Shown here: piece after piece, positions 9,684-19,240 of the stretch
How the letters are laid out: the number at the start of each line of letters is the position of its first letter
Numbering within the stretch: position 1 is the first letter of the stretch
Source: an uncultured Labrenzia sp.
Lineage (GTDB): Bacteria > Pseudomonadota > Alphaproteobacteria > Rhizobiales > Stappiaceae
Reading direction: 5' to 3'
NCBI GenBank assembly: GCA_937911395.1
Contig: CALDSI010000020.1
Coordinates: 1-53,911, forward strand
DNA: 53,911 nucleotides
Made by a program: the position numbers and the translations under genes
Notes under the pieces: generated by a model
What the model was told of the DNA's origin: nothing
Database searches by the model: none
The model's input: the letters and a program-made list of their open reading frames with translations, nothing else

Positions 9684-12600
9684 TCAAACCAGACCGCTTA
9701 AATTGAAATCTGCTGCGGTAGGAGCCGTTATACCCTGTGGCAGGCCGATTAGCAGGAAATGCTCCAGCGCACTTGTGCTGGTGTCCAGACCTTGCTCATT
9801 CCGATATGCGGCAGTGTCGAAATAGATCGACGCAGCTCTGCCCTCCTGGTCGCCGTGATTAAGGAAATGCTGATAAGCGCTGACGAACACACCGGTGACA
9901 ATCGCTTGAGCAACATCCGTGTTTTGCGCCAGATAATACTCAGAATCAAAAAGCGGATTGACCGACCGGTTCTCGGAAGAGCCGAACAACTCGTAATGCT
10001 CTGAAGCAGATGTAAAAACACCAGCCGCGACCGCGGCTGCGACATCCGCATTGTCCGCGAGATAAAACTCAGCATCGAACAGAAGGTCCGCGGCACGGCT
10101 CTCAGAATTGCCATGCAACGCATAGTGTTGCGCACCACTTGAGAACGCGCCAGCTGCAACAGCTGCTGCAACATCCGCATGGCTGCTCAGGTAAGCCGCC
10201 TCGTTAAATCCGTAGGTTCCGGTCGATGTGGAGCTGTTAGGATTGATAACCAAAACCCGGTCCTGACCGGTTCCGTTCGCACCAGTAAATACAACCAATT
10301 CAACCGCGACCAGCGTGTCTGTGCCATCCCCATCCGTAACAGTGACCCCGCTTCGAGTGCCAGATAGGCCAACCTCATCCTTCGTGCGGTCATAGACAAC
10401 CGTGTCCAGTTTCTTGCCGCCATTCAGCGCGTAGTTGTCGGTGCTGCCAAGAAGCACATCATCGTTGCTGCTGCCGGCGACCAAATCGTTTCCGGTCGCG
10501 CTCCGGCCTGTGTCGAACGCGATAACAAGATCTGCATAATCCGCGTCAGACGCACTTGTTTCCGAGCTGTTTTCAAGACCGAACGTGTTCTCTCCCAAGA
10601 TCCGGATTTGGCCAGCACCATCCAAGGTGCTTTCACCGATGAAATACGGCGACCCATCATCAGCAAAGAAGATCGGCGCGTAGAAACCTGTTGCACCCGA
10701 TACAGTCCAGGCCGCCGTCGCCGAAGTCCCTGAATAAAGATATTCAAAACCGCCATCCACTAGGTCTTTGGCTTTGGACCCTAATGCCCGGACTTCTGCT
10801 AGCGTTTTTCCGTCGATCCTCAAACTGCCATCGGTTCCAACATCAACGCGCACAAAACCGAACTTGTGTTGCAAAGTGCTGGTTCCCGACGCGGTGATAT
10901 CATGGAGTGTGCCATGTTCAAGATATACAAGCGGAATGTCGGTTTGCCGCTGCCCGTCGGCGAGGATAGCTGCTTCATCCAGTGTGTTTTGAACTGCTGC
11001 ATTGAGTGTGACATCGCCCAAGATAATGTCATATCCGCCATTGGCGGCGGCCTGGAACGCAGCTGTCACGGTGGTGTCGACCGTGTCTTGACCGGTGAGT
11101 TGTGCGAAACGGATCTCCTGCCCCGCCTCAAGATAAACAGACTGCTGGGCTGCGGCAGCTCCGGATTGCCCGCCACCCAGAACACCCCGAATGGCCTCCG
11201 CCAGGGTGACACCGCCACCTGTTGACCCATCTCGGCCAACATAATTGCCAGCCGCATCCAAGACATAGAGCAGAACGGCCGAGCCGGGCGTTGGGCCTTG
11301 CGCGCCAAGGGTAAACTCAACCCAATTGCCGCTGGAATGACCGCTAGTATTTGACGCGGTTTCAAAGGTCAGGCCTGAATTGGCCGACGACTGCACGAGA
11401 GACAACTCGTCCAGAGCAACCGTGACTGTGAGTTCCTTCGATGTCCGGCCAATCTGGCTGCCAGCTTGATTGCCAGAGTTGAAGTATTCGGTCATCAGCA
11501 CCGTGTAGGTCCCATTGCCCAGAGCCTTACCGGTCGCCGTGCTCCATCGACCGTCAATATCCGCAGTTGCTAAAACCGGTGCGAGGTCCGGACTGCCGGT
11601 CTGCGTAAATGTAATTTGCGCCAGGTTCTGCGCGCTGATCTTGTTGGTGTAGTTTTTCAACCACTCATTTGTGCCAGACGTGGCATTCGGGTTCTCACCG
11701 GTCCAGCCGAACACCAAATTTGCCTGACTGGTTGTCACTGTATTCGTATCGACATTGGTTTGTCCGGCGATGGCTTCGAAACCGCTATCGCCCAAGACAC
11801 CTGCGACCACGGCCTCCGGCTCAGCCAGCTGTGAAAGATGGGTCTGATTGGAGTTCCAGGTAAACAGGGAGGGATGCAGCGTCGTGCTGCCGCTATAAAG
11901 GAAGTCCAATGCAAAATTGACGATCGTGTCCTCGGTCGACGTTTCCGGGGAAACCATTACGAGGCCATCAGCTGCAACGCTGCCACTCTGTCCCGAGACC
12001 GCAGGATTCACAAATAGGCTGTCCTGTGTCTCTGCATAGACATTGACTGTCTTCGCAGTATCCCCCGACCCGATGACCAGCTGATACCAAACTGTCCCAT
12101 TTTCGGCGATGGGCATGTTCGAGATGACCATGGCTCCATCAGTCTGATCCGGACCGGATTGAGCCTCCCATGCTCCCGTAGTGGCGTTTTCTGTAATCGT
12201 CCAATTCTGCCAGAGCGTTTTATTGGCGCCAGGTTGAAACTCAATCGTACGGAACGTCGGAATACCCTCCTCATTGCCAACAAACACTTTGAGGGCAACA
12301 GGGGTATCATCCTTCAAGATGATGTTTTGATTGAAAAAATTGAGACCTATATTTGCGCCTTTGGTGTTGCTCAAGTCAGCAGGCGAATAGGACGTGGCAT
12401 CAAATTGATCGCGAAACAGATCACTGTGTCCGGGTGGGGCGATGTAATTGTAGATAACGGGCTGGGTATACCCGGATGGCGTCTCACTATCATCGTAAAT
12501 GGTCAGATCAATCGTCTGGACGTTGGCGCCGTTGTAGTAGACCGGAATGAGCGGCCCGCCTTCCGCATAGGCGCTCATAAGATTGTCAGAGTAACCGGAT

Positions 12601-13784
12601 CCGTATGAATTCGACTTGAAGAAAAAGAGTTCTGCGTACGGATCCTGAAAGACTGCAGCATCACCGAAAAGGTTTTTGCCGAAAGCGTAGGTCGGATCCC
12701 AGTTCCAGTTCTTGTTCAGATCAATGCTGTCGGTGACATTGGAATTGAGCGATTTGCCAGCTGTACCGTAGTAGCCAGCGGTAAACCCCGTCAGAAACTC
12801 TGTAAGAACTTCGCCCCATTGATTGTTGGCGCCGGTGTTCATCTCCGCGCTGGAGGCACCTTGGATCGTGTAGGGCGTTGCATCGTCGCGGTTCGAATAG
12901 ATTTCCACATCACCGAGGGTCGAATAGATGCTGTTCGCCAACTGATCAGCGGTGATCTTTATCGAGCCCTTGATATGACTTTCAGCGACCGGGTTCAGCC
13001 AAAACGCATTATCTGTTGCAGACCACTCCAGCTCGTATCCGAAAAAGCCACCATTGTGGTAAATTACGATGGCATCGGCAGCCACATTGAAAACCCCCGA
13101 GGGCATAATGCCTGTATCTTTTTTCAAGCTGTCGACATAACCGGTCCAGTCGGATTGGGAGAAGACATCCGGGATCTGGTTTTGCTCGGCAAGCGCAACC
13201 GCCTCGGCAGGCGAAATCGCAGCGCGATAAGTCCCGGCCAGTGGTCCGGTTGTAAATGTCTCGACGGCATTCGCGTGGATGTCCGAAACTGACGTGAATA
13301 TCGTCTCGCCATCTACATCGTACCCCCTGCTCTGCGTGATCAGTGCGCCGGAATTGTCCTGGCCATATGGAATGTAAAGCTCCATCGGCAGCCCGAAGCC
13401 CTGCACAGAGGTTAGGTTTCCAGCATCCCCAGTCTGGTTGAGCAGGGACACCTCAAAACTGTCGACCCGGTACTGGTTGGTTTTTGCATTCTCCCAGTTG
13501 ATCTCGCTCTCTTTGGTGATGATGGTTGTTAGATCAGTCTGGGTTGCAGTCGGCGATTGGCTTTGGACAAGAATATAAACTTTGCCACCATTATAAGGTT
13601 CCGGGAGATCAAGCGTCGCGGAAGATCCCGTTCCTTGAACCACACCGTTGTCAACCAGGGTCGTCCAGAAGGGTTGGATTGTCCCATCCGCCCCTTCGGC
13701 GAAGTAGACGGCATAGGCATAAGCGCCGGGATTGGTGAGCTTGGTTGCAAGGGTTTCTGTCAGGCTGATGTTGAGGACAGTCAT
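9684..13784 (-). CDS. Large acidic, probably T1SS-secreted multidomain protein (GH64/thaumatin-like N-terminus, DUF4114-like domain, C-terminal repeats)
   Basis: ~1366-codon ORF rich in G/T/S/A/D with no clear signal peptide. NLTSVQGFGLPMEL and YGSGYSD resemble GH64 motifs. NTFGLEN...DADYADLVIAF resembles DUF4114. Degenerate GNDLVAGSSNDDVL RTX-like stretch. Terminal ADF-type tail. Confidence 0.75.
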   Translation of the reverse strand: MTVLNISLTETLATKLTNPGAYAYAVYFAEGADGTIQPFWTTLVDNGVVQGTGSSATLDLPEPYNGGKVYILVQSQSPTATQTDLTTIITKESEINWENAKTNQYRVDSFEVSLLNQTGDAGNLTSVQGFGLPMELYIPYGQDNSGALITQSRGYDVDGETIFTSVSDIHANAVETFTTGPLAGTYRAAISPAEAVALAEQNQIPDVFSQSDWTGYVDSLKKDTGIMPSGVFNVAADAIVIYHNGGFFGYELEWSATDNAFWLNPVAESHIKGSIKITADQLANSIYSTLGDVEIYSNRDDATPYTIQGASSAEMNTGANNQWGEVLTEFLTGFTAGYYGTAGKSLNSNVTDSIDLNKNWNWDPTYAFGKNLFGDAAVFQDPYAELFFFKSNSYGSGYSDNLMSAYAEGGPLIPVYYNGANVQTIDLTIYDDSETPSGYTQPVIYNYIAPPGHSDLFRDQFDATSYSPADLSNTKGANIGLNFFNQNIILKDDTPVALKVFVGNEEGIPTFRTIEFQPGANKTLWQNWTITENATTGAWEAQSGPDQTDGAMVISNMPIAENGTVWYQLVIGSGDTAKTVNVYAETQDSLFVNPAVSGQSGSVAADGLVMVSPETSTEDTIVNFALDFLYSGSTTLHPSLFTWNSNQTHLSQLAEPEAVVAGVLGDSGFEAIAGQTNVDTNTVTTSQANLVFGWTGENPNATSGTNEWLKNYTNKISAQNLAQITFTQTGSPDLAPVLATADIDGRWSTATGKALGNGTYTVLMTEYFNSGNQAGSQIGRTSKELTVTVALDELSLVQSSANSGLTFETASNTSGHSSGNWVEFTLGAQGPTPGSAVLLYVLDAAGNYVGRDGSTGGGVTLAEAIRGVLGGGQSGAAAAQQSVYLEAGQEIRFAQLTGQDTVDTTVTAAFQAAANGGYDIILGDVTLNAAVQNTLDEAAILADGQRQTDIPLVYLEHGTLHDITASGTSTLQHKFGFVRVDVGTDGSLRIDGKTLAEVRALGSKAKDLVDGGFEYLYSGTSATAAWTVSGATGFYAPIFFADDGSPYFIGESTLDGAGQIRILGENTFGLENSSETSASDADYADLVIAFDTGRSATGNDLVAGSSNDDVLLGSTDNYALNGGKKLDTVVYDRTKDEVGLSGTRSGVTVTDGDGTDTLVAVELVVFTGANGTGQDRVLVINPNSSTSTGTYGFNEAAYLSSHADVAAAVAAGAFSSGAQHYALHGNSESRAADLLFDAEFYLADNADVAAAVAAGVFTSASEHYELFGSSENRSVNPLFDSEYYLAQNTDVAQAIVTGVFVSAYQHFLNHGDQEGRAASIYFDTAAYRNEQGLDTSTSALEHFLLIGLPQGITAPTAADFNLSGLV
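9730..10211 (-). repeat. Three full plus one partial ~43-aa tandem repeats (F[DN]xxxYLxxxxDVAxAxxxGxFxSxxxHY/F...G..E.R)
   Basis: FNEAAYLSSHADVAAAVAAGAFSSGAQHY / FDAEFYLADNADVAAAVAAGVFTSASEHY / FDSEYYLAQNTDVAQAIVTGVFVSAYQHF / FDTAAY...ALEHF. Confidence 0.85.
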
Positions 13785-14513
13785 AACAAGTTCCAATTCT
13801 TACCGGCGATGGCATCAAAGGGTTTTAAGAAATTGCTTTAGATCCTAATCTGGCGCTCAGTGATAAGCGTCATCCAATCCTCGTCACTAATCTACATTCC
13901 TTTTCGGAAACTGACGTCCTTGCACTCGAACTGCACACAGAACCTCCGTTGCCGACAGTGTGCCAACCGAATTCAAATCTCTGGTCAGTAGTAAAAGAGT
14001 ATCGGAGACCGACGTATCAGGAAGGTAAACACCGAGTTCCGCATATTTTCGTGAAACACATACCCGGCTTGGGCGACTGCCGTCTCCAAACCAATGGCAG
14101 CAAGAATTTAGAGAAGCAACGGGCATTCAAAGCCGCTGCGATTGCGCTCAGGAACCGAATGACAAGTATGGGCGGCACCTCGAATGAGCCGGTCCAACGC
14201 CCTGATGGCCGCGAAATCTGATAACAATTGTTCAGCGTTGCGCGCATCTATGCGGCGGTTCCAACCGCTAGCGTACGATCGCCTCCGGACCGGATTTTGG
14301 GAATTAACGGGACAATTTCGGCTTCTGGTGTCTCGGCCTGACGACGATACTATTCAGGCTCGGCGACAATTATATTGATGATGTTCGGAAAACAGCTGCA
14401 GTAATCCTGAACGGGCTTCGCCCAAGTGATTGCAGAATTGCTTTTCTATTTCCTGTGATCACTTGGGCTCTGGAGAACGCAAGGTGGGCTTCAAACACGT
14501 CTTGCACCGTGGC

Positions 14514-14978
14514 CTACTCGCCAGCTCCAGCTTCAAGACGATGGGACAACAGCGTCAGCAGATCGATGTCCGCCCGTTCGGTCAGTGAGACATAGGTAAA
14601 GGTCATGGTTTCACGCTGCTCGACCATGGTGCCGGGAAATGGCATGTAGACCAGTTCTCGAGATGCAAAGGCAGGCGAGGCGGTGCCGATCTGCCAATTG
14701 CTTACAATCTGCGCATCGACAAGATGCTGCATCAACCCGTCTGCGCCTTCCTTTTGAAACGGGATGCCGGCAATCCTGAGATAACTGGTCTTGTCCTCGG
14801 CTTGCCGGAACCCGTCGATGAAACTCGCTGACAGGGTTTGCAATTCTTCGGCCCGTTCAGACGCCGACGTCCCGTGGACATGGGAATGCAGATGATCCGG
14901 GCCCCCATGATTATGATCGTGCGGATGCGCATTATCATGATGGTGGTGATGGCCGCGATGTGAATGACTGTGACCCAT
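14514..14978 (-). CDS. His-rich hypothetical protein, last gene of the guanidine operon
   Basis: ATG at 14978, 4 bp after the hydrolase stop. 16 His in the first 35 residues, then a ~115-aa domain I do not recognise (FIDGFRQAEDKTSYLRIAGIPF...WQIGTASPAF). Confidence 0.8.
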   Translation of the reverse strand: MGHSHSHRGHHHHHDNAHPHDHNHGGPDHLHSHVHGTSASERAEELQTLSASFIDGFRQAEDKTSYLRIAGIPFQKEGADGLMQHLVDAQIVSNWQIGTASPAFASRELVYMPFPGTMVEQRETMTFTYVSLTERADIDLLTLLSHRLEAGAGE

Positions 14979-14982
14979 GTCG

Positions 14983-16221
14983 TTACTCCACGTCCGGTCC
15001 GGCCGGGATCGAAACCGGCTTGTCGATGATGGATTTGTGCGACCCCATCTTGCCGTGGGAGACGAGTGTGCCGAGGACATCAACGATCACGCGCGTTGCC
15101 AAAAGAGCGGTGATGTCGGAGCAATCGTAAGGCGGCGAGACTTCAACCACCTCAAGCCCGCAAATGCCTTCCTTGGCAACGAGCGAAACCAGTTCCAGCG
15201 CCTCACGCGGCAGGAAGCCGCCCGGTTCCGGCCAGCCCGTACCGGGAACAAATCCGCAGTCGACACTGTCGATATCAAAGGAAATGTAGACGGCGTCTGC
15301 ATCTTTCCAGGCAAGCTCCAAAGCCCTTGCCGCAGTTTCGGCAAGACCGAGCTCCTCAACGTCGCGCATGGTGAAAATGTTCGTGTTCCGGTCGCGGGCA
15401 ACTTCCACCCCCTCGCGCGGAACCTGCCAGCCGCCGATACCGATCTGGACCAGATTGACCGCAGGCACATTGACCAAATCCGTTGCGTGGAACCACGGCG
15501 TGGTATGCATGCGTTCATCAAGATCCTTTTCCTGGATATCAATATGCCGGTCGAAGTGGACAATGCCAATGCGCTTGGAGGTGCATTGGGCAATGCCCCG
15601 AACGCACGGGAAGCCGATGGAATGATCGCCACCAATCATGATCGGTAACGCACCCGAGGAGGCAACGTGCGACACGGCCCGGGTGATCTGGTCGAATGTC
15701 TTTTCGATATTGGCTGGAATCGTGAAGATATCGCCGACATCGCACAAGGTCATTTGCTCGCGGAGATCGACACCCATCTCGTAGTTGTAAGGCGTGTAGA
15801 TCTCTGAGATATACCTAACGAATAGCAATCCGAACCGGGTACCTGGCCGGTAGGTGGTGCCACCATCAAACGGAATTCCGATGACCGCGGCATCATAGGC
15901 GCCAACCTGCGTGACGTCTTCGATATACGGTGCCTTCAGGAACGTATTGATGCCGGCATAGTGGGGCAGCTCCCCCCGTGCAAACGTTGGAATGGACTTG
16001 TCTGTGAGACTGTCTGAGCCGGTTAACCCCATGCGCAAAGCCCAAGCCTTTTCCTTTTCCCAGGCTGCTGAGGGCAGCAATCCCTCTTTTTCGGCAGCCT
16101 TCCAGCCGCGCAGCTGGAGCTTATCGAAATCAGGATGGTGGTGACGTTCGGTCTTGGCTCGTCCCAGTAACCCGGCTACACGCTGCTGGGTAGATGGACC
16201 ATCTGTACGAAAGATGCTCAT
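14983..16221 (-). CDS. gdmH: Ureohydrolase (arginase/agmatinase family), guanidine hydrolase GdmH-like
   Basis: RGELPHYAGINTFLKAPY, GGDHS, HFDRHID...ERMHTTPW, GIGGWQVPR, SFDIDSVD, PGTGWPEPGG match the Synechocystis Sll1077 subfamily as I recall it. Downstream of a guanidine-I riboswitch. ATG 16221 after GAGG. Confidence 0.8.
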   Translation of the reverse strand: MSIFRTDGPSTQQRVAGLLGRAKTERHHHPDFDKLQLRGWKAAEKEGLLPSAAWEKEKAWALRMGLTGSDSLTDKSIPTFARGELPHYAGINTFLKAPYIEDVTQVGAYDAAVIGIPFDGGTTYRPGTRFGLLFVRYISEIYTPYNYEMGVDLREQMTLCDVGDIFTIPANIEKTFDQITRAVSHVASSGALPIMIGGDHSIGFPCVRGIAQCTSKRIGIVHFDRHIDIQEKDLDERMHTTPWFHATDLVNVPAVNLVQIGIGGWQVPREGVEVARDRNTNIFTMRDVEELGLAETAARALELAWKDADAVYISFDIDSVDCGFVPGTGWPEPGGFLPREALELVSLVAKEGICGLEVVEVSPPYDCSDITALLATRVIVDVLGTLVSHGKMGSHKSIIDKPVSIPAGPDVE

Positions 16222-16229
16222 GGCGTTCC

Positions 16230-17051
16230 TCAATGCGTCTTTTGTGAAATCTGAATGTCGGGTTTTGGAGCCGATCGGATGGTGCTCGCGATATCGGCAG
16301 GTGCTTTTTTCTCGCCGCCGGATTGGTCGGAGAGTGGAAGGTCGTAGGTAATGGTCGCCCCGTAGGCCTCTGGTGCCTGCGGATCATTCCGGATCTTGTC
16401 GAAAACCAGCAGCCGCGTCCCGAGCTTGAATGCCTCATGGATGTCGTGGGTCACCATGAAAATCGTCATGCCAGTCTCTTTCCAAAGACCGATCAGGAGT
16501 TCGTGCATGTCGAGGCGGATGCCGGGGTCGAGCGCGCCAAACGGCTCATCCAGCAGCAGAATGGAGGGCTGCTTGATTAAGGCCTGCGCAATGGCGAGGC
16601 GCTGCTGCATCCCCCCGGACAGCTGCGCCGGATACTTGTCTCTCGCTGCGGCCAGACCAATCCGCTCCAGGACATCTTCAATCTGCTCAATGGCAACCTT
16701 CCGGCGGGCACCAAACAGTTTGCCAAGGCGCGGTGCTTGTTCAAACTCCTGGGCCAGAATCAGGTTTTCAACGACGGTCAGGTGGGTAAAGACCGAGTAT
16801 TTTTGGAAAACGATGCCGCGATCCGGTGTCGGCTCCTTGGGCAGCAGCGTCCCGTCAAGCAGGATTTCGCCATGGGTCGGATGCTCCTGGGAAAGCAACA
16901 TCCTCAAGAACGTGGATTTGCCGCAACCGGACGCACCCACGATCGTGCAAAACGATCCGGCATCCACCTCAAGCGCGATCCGCTCCAGGACGGGGTTGCC
17001 GTCATAGTATATCGACACCCCTTGAACGGAGAGTTTTGCAGAGGCGGTCAT
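16230..17051 (-). CDS. ABC transporter ATP-binding protein (TauB/SsuB-like), guanidine uptake
   Basis: GASGCGKST, LSGGMQQR, LLLDEPF, VTHD. True start is MTASAKL at 17051, overlapping the permease stop. Confidence 0.92.
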   Translation of the reverse strand: MTASAKLSVQGVSIYYDGNPVLERIALEVDAGSFCTIVGASGCGKSTFLRMLLSQEHPTHGEILLDGTLLPKEPTPDRGIVFQKYSVFTHLTVVENLILAQEFEQAPRLGKLFGARRKVAIEQIEDVLERIGLAAARDKYPAQLSGGMQQRLAIAQALIKQPSILLLDEPFGALDPGIRLDMHELLIGLWKETGMTIFMVTHDIHEAFKLGTRLLVFDKIRNDPQAPEAYGATITYDLPLSDQSGGEKKAPADIASTIRSAPKPDIQISQKTH

Positions 17052-17869
17052 AGCGCGGCACCTCCCATGTGGTTCCAGCGGAAGGCCCGCTTGGACAGAA
17101 GGAGCAGCAGCCGGTCCAGTATGAATGCCAGCAGCGTGATCCAGACGACATATGGAAGGATGACGTCCATCGCGAGATAGCGCCGAACCAGGAAAATGCG
17201 GTAGCCGAGGCCCGTCGTGGACGCGATCGCCTCTGCAGAAATGAGGAAAATCCAGGCCGGCACGAGGCCAAGGCGCAAAGCGGTGATCAGTTTTGGAAGG
17301 ATTTGTGGCAACACCAGCCGGGTAATCATCTGCCAGACGGTAGCGCCAAGGGTTTCGGCCTTGATGATCATTTCGCGGGGGATGTCGAGCACAGCTTGCG
17401 CGGTCGCACGGATCATCACCGGCGCGGTCCCGATCACGATCAGAGCAATCTTCGAAACCTCTCCAAGTCCAAACGTGATGAAAAGGATCGGCAGGATGGT
17501 GATCGGCGGAATGAGTGAAAACGTGGCGAGGTAAGGGGCAAGGGCACTTCGTATGTGCGGAATGAACCCGATGCCTATCCCAAAGAGGATTGCCATGAGG
17601 GTGGAGACCGCCATTCCAGTTCCAAGGCGCATCAGACTGTCGAAGGTGTCGATCCACAACAACAGATCGCCGGAGCGCCGATCCGGAACAGCAGCCATCC
17701 GCCAGAACGCCTGCCCCATGCTTTCAAGAGAGGGCAAAAGCTTGTCGGCTGGATTGTCGAGCCGCCTGTAGTGACTGGCGATCGCGTAAGTCACGATCGT
17801 CGCCACAAAAGGAAGCAGTCCCAAGGCAACAGCGGTAAACCGCGACGGAGTTCGGTTTATAAGGCGCAT
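17048..17869 (-). CDS. ABC transporter permease (TauC/SsuC-like)
   Basis: Hydrophobic. EAA-like KAETLGA, LISAEAI, GLGYRIF. Confidence 0.92.
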   Translation of the reverse strand: MRLINRTPSRFTAVALGLLPFVATIVTYAIASHYRRLDNPADKLLPSLESMGQAFWRMAAVPDRRSGDLLLWIDTFDSLMRLGTGMAVSTLMAILFGIGIGFIPHIRSALAPYLATFSLIPPITILPILFITFGLGEVSKIALIVIGTAPVMIRATAQAVLDIPREMIIKAETLGATVWQMITRLVLPQILPKLITALRLGLVPAWIFLISAEAIASTTGLGYRIFLVRRYLAMDVILPYVVWITLLAFILDRLLLLLSKRAFRWNHMGGAAL

Positions 17870-17942
17870 GAAGGGTCTCGAAGCCGGACGGAAGAACCTG
17901 AGAACTTGCCCCGGCGTGTGACCGGGACAGGTAAAGACAGCC

Positions 17943-19001
17943 TTACAGCGAGCCGCTGGCAGCCATTTCCATGAAGCTCGGATCGAAGCGGAGTTTCACG
18001 TTGTTGCTGTCGCCATAAACCGAACCGTCGGCAAAGGAGACACCGACAAACTCCGGGCTTGGAGCCCCCTCGCCCAGGATGCCCTTGTCAAACAGGAATT
18101 CGGCGACGAATTTCATCGTCTTGGGCAGCTCAGCTGACTTCGAAAATTCAACGGCCTCGGCCGGCGTGTAGAACATCTTCGTCGTGGCGAGTTGCGCCTT
18201 GTAGCCCGCAAGATCGGTCCCGGAAGCTTCGGCCATCGCAGTCAACGCTACTTCATCGCCCTCTGCCATGAGATCCATCACTTCGTACCAGGCACCGGTG
18301 AGTGCTTTGCCGAAGGCTGGATTGTCAGCCAGTGTTTCCGTGTTGACCATCATGATGTCGATGATTTCGCCCGGGATCCCGGCACTGTCGAACACCTTGG
18401 TTGCGTTGGGCTGCGCTTCGATCTCAGACAAAAGCGGGTTCCAGGTGACGACAGACGTCACATCTGGTGTTGCATAAGCAGCGATCATGTCGGCGTCGGA
18501 GGTATTAACAACGGTCAGATCCCGCTCGGTTAGCCCGACGGTGTCAAGAGCCCGCGCGAGCAGGTAATGGGAAACTGAAAGCTCGACCAGGTTGACCGTT
18601 TGCCCCTTGATCTCGGCAAGCTCAGTCTTGTCTTTCAGAATGATGCCATCATTGCCGTTGGAGTAATCACCGACGATCAGCGCCGTTGTGTCAACACCAC
18701 CACCCGCCGGGATGGAGAGCGCATCCATGTTGGTCATGGAACAGCCATCATATTCACCGGCGGTGTATTGGTTGATGGACTCGACATAGTCGTTGATCTG
18801 CACGATCTCGACATCAATTCCGTATTTATCGGCCCACTTCTTCATGATTCCGCTGTCTTGCAGATAGCCCCAGGGCATCCAGCCAACATAGATTGACCAA
18901 CACACTTTGAAGTCGGTCTTGACTTCCGCTTGGGCGGAAAATGAGAGGGGCATTGAAAGCGCTGCAGCGAGCAGGGAAGCCTTGGCGATTGATTTCAGCA
19001 T
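17943..19001 (-). CDS. ABC substrate-binding protein ('urea carboxylase-associated' family), likely guanidine-binding
   Basis: Signal peptide MLKSIAKASLLAAAL...AQA. WSIYVGWMPW, NDYVESINQY, DYSNGND, SVSHYLL, TWNP. ATG 19001 after AGGAG. Confidence 0.88.
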   Translation of the reverse strand: MLKSIAKASLLAAALSMPLSFSAQAEVKTDFKVCWSIYVGWMPWGYLQDSGIMKKWADKYGIDVEIVQINDYVESINQYTAGEYDGCSMTNMDALSIPAGGGVDTTALIVGDYSNGNDGIILKDKTELAEIKGQTVNLVELSVSHYLLARALDTVGLTERDLTVVNTSDADMIAAYATPDVTSVVTWNPLLSEIEAQPNATKVFDSAGIPGEIIDIMMVNTETLADNPAFGKALTGAWYEVMDLMAEGDEVALTAMAEASGTDLAGYKAQLATTKMFYTPAEAVEFSKSAELPKTMKFVAEFLFDKGILGEGAPSPEFVGVSFADGSVYGDSNNVKLRFDPSFMEMAASGSL

Positions 19002-19111
19002 CTGTGCGCGTCTCCTGTCTTGGGCCCTTGGAGATCCCGAGGGCATCCGTCATGAGGCTTTTTGCGCACGTCCGGGAGGAAGGCTCGCGCGCGCGAAACC
19101 TCGTGCAGTTG

Positions 19112-19224
19112 TCTCCCGGGTTTTTGTCCCGCCGTGTCACCGGACTATGTGCAATCATCAAGATCTGCTTGCCCGGCTTGCACCTCTCGGTCCTGCGTCA
19201 TCTGACCGGATCCCTAGGCGCGCT
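19112..19224 (-). ncRNA. Guanidine-I (ykkC-yxkD) riboswitch
   Basis: Minus strand reads CTAGGGATCCG...GCAGGACCGAGAG...ACACGGCGGGACAAAAACCCGGGAG, matching the ykkC-yxkD consensus. Lies in the 5' UTR of the SBP. Confidence 0.9.
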
Positions 19225-19240
19225 GCACATTCAAAACAAA

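Noticed and set aside
9730-10211. Repeats as a CRISPR array or DNA-level repeat element
   Set aside because: They are degenerate, in-frame protein repeats with no identical direct repeats or spacers.
17052-17657. Apparent 200-aa N-terminal extension of the ABC ATPase (475-aa ORF)
   Set aside because: Overlaps the permease in another frame. The real start is the ATG at 17051, coupled to the permease stop.
14983-19001. Annotation as agmatinase plus urea transporter, or a urea/guanidine carboxylase pathway
   Set aside because: No carboxylase or carboxyguanidine deiminase genes are present. The riboswitch and subfamily motifs favour guanidine hydrolase.
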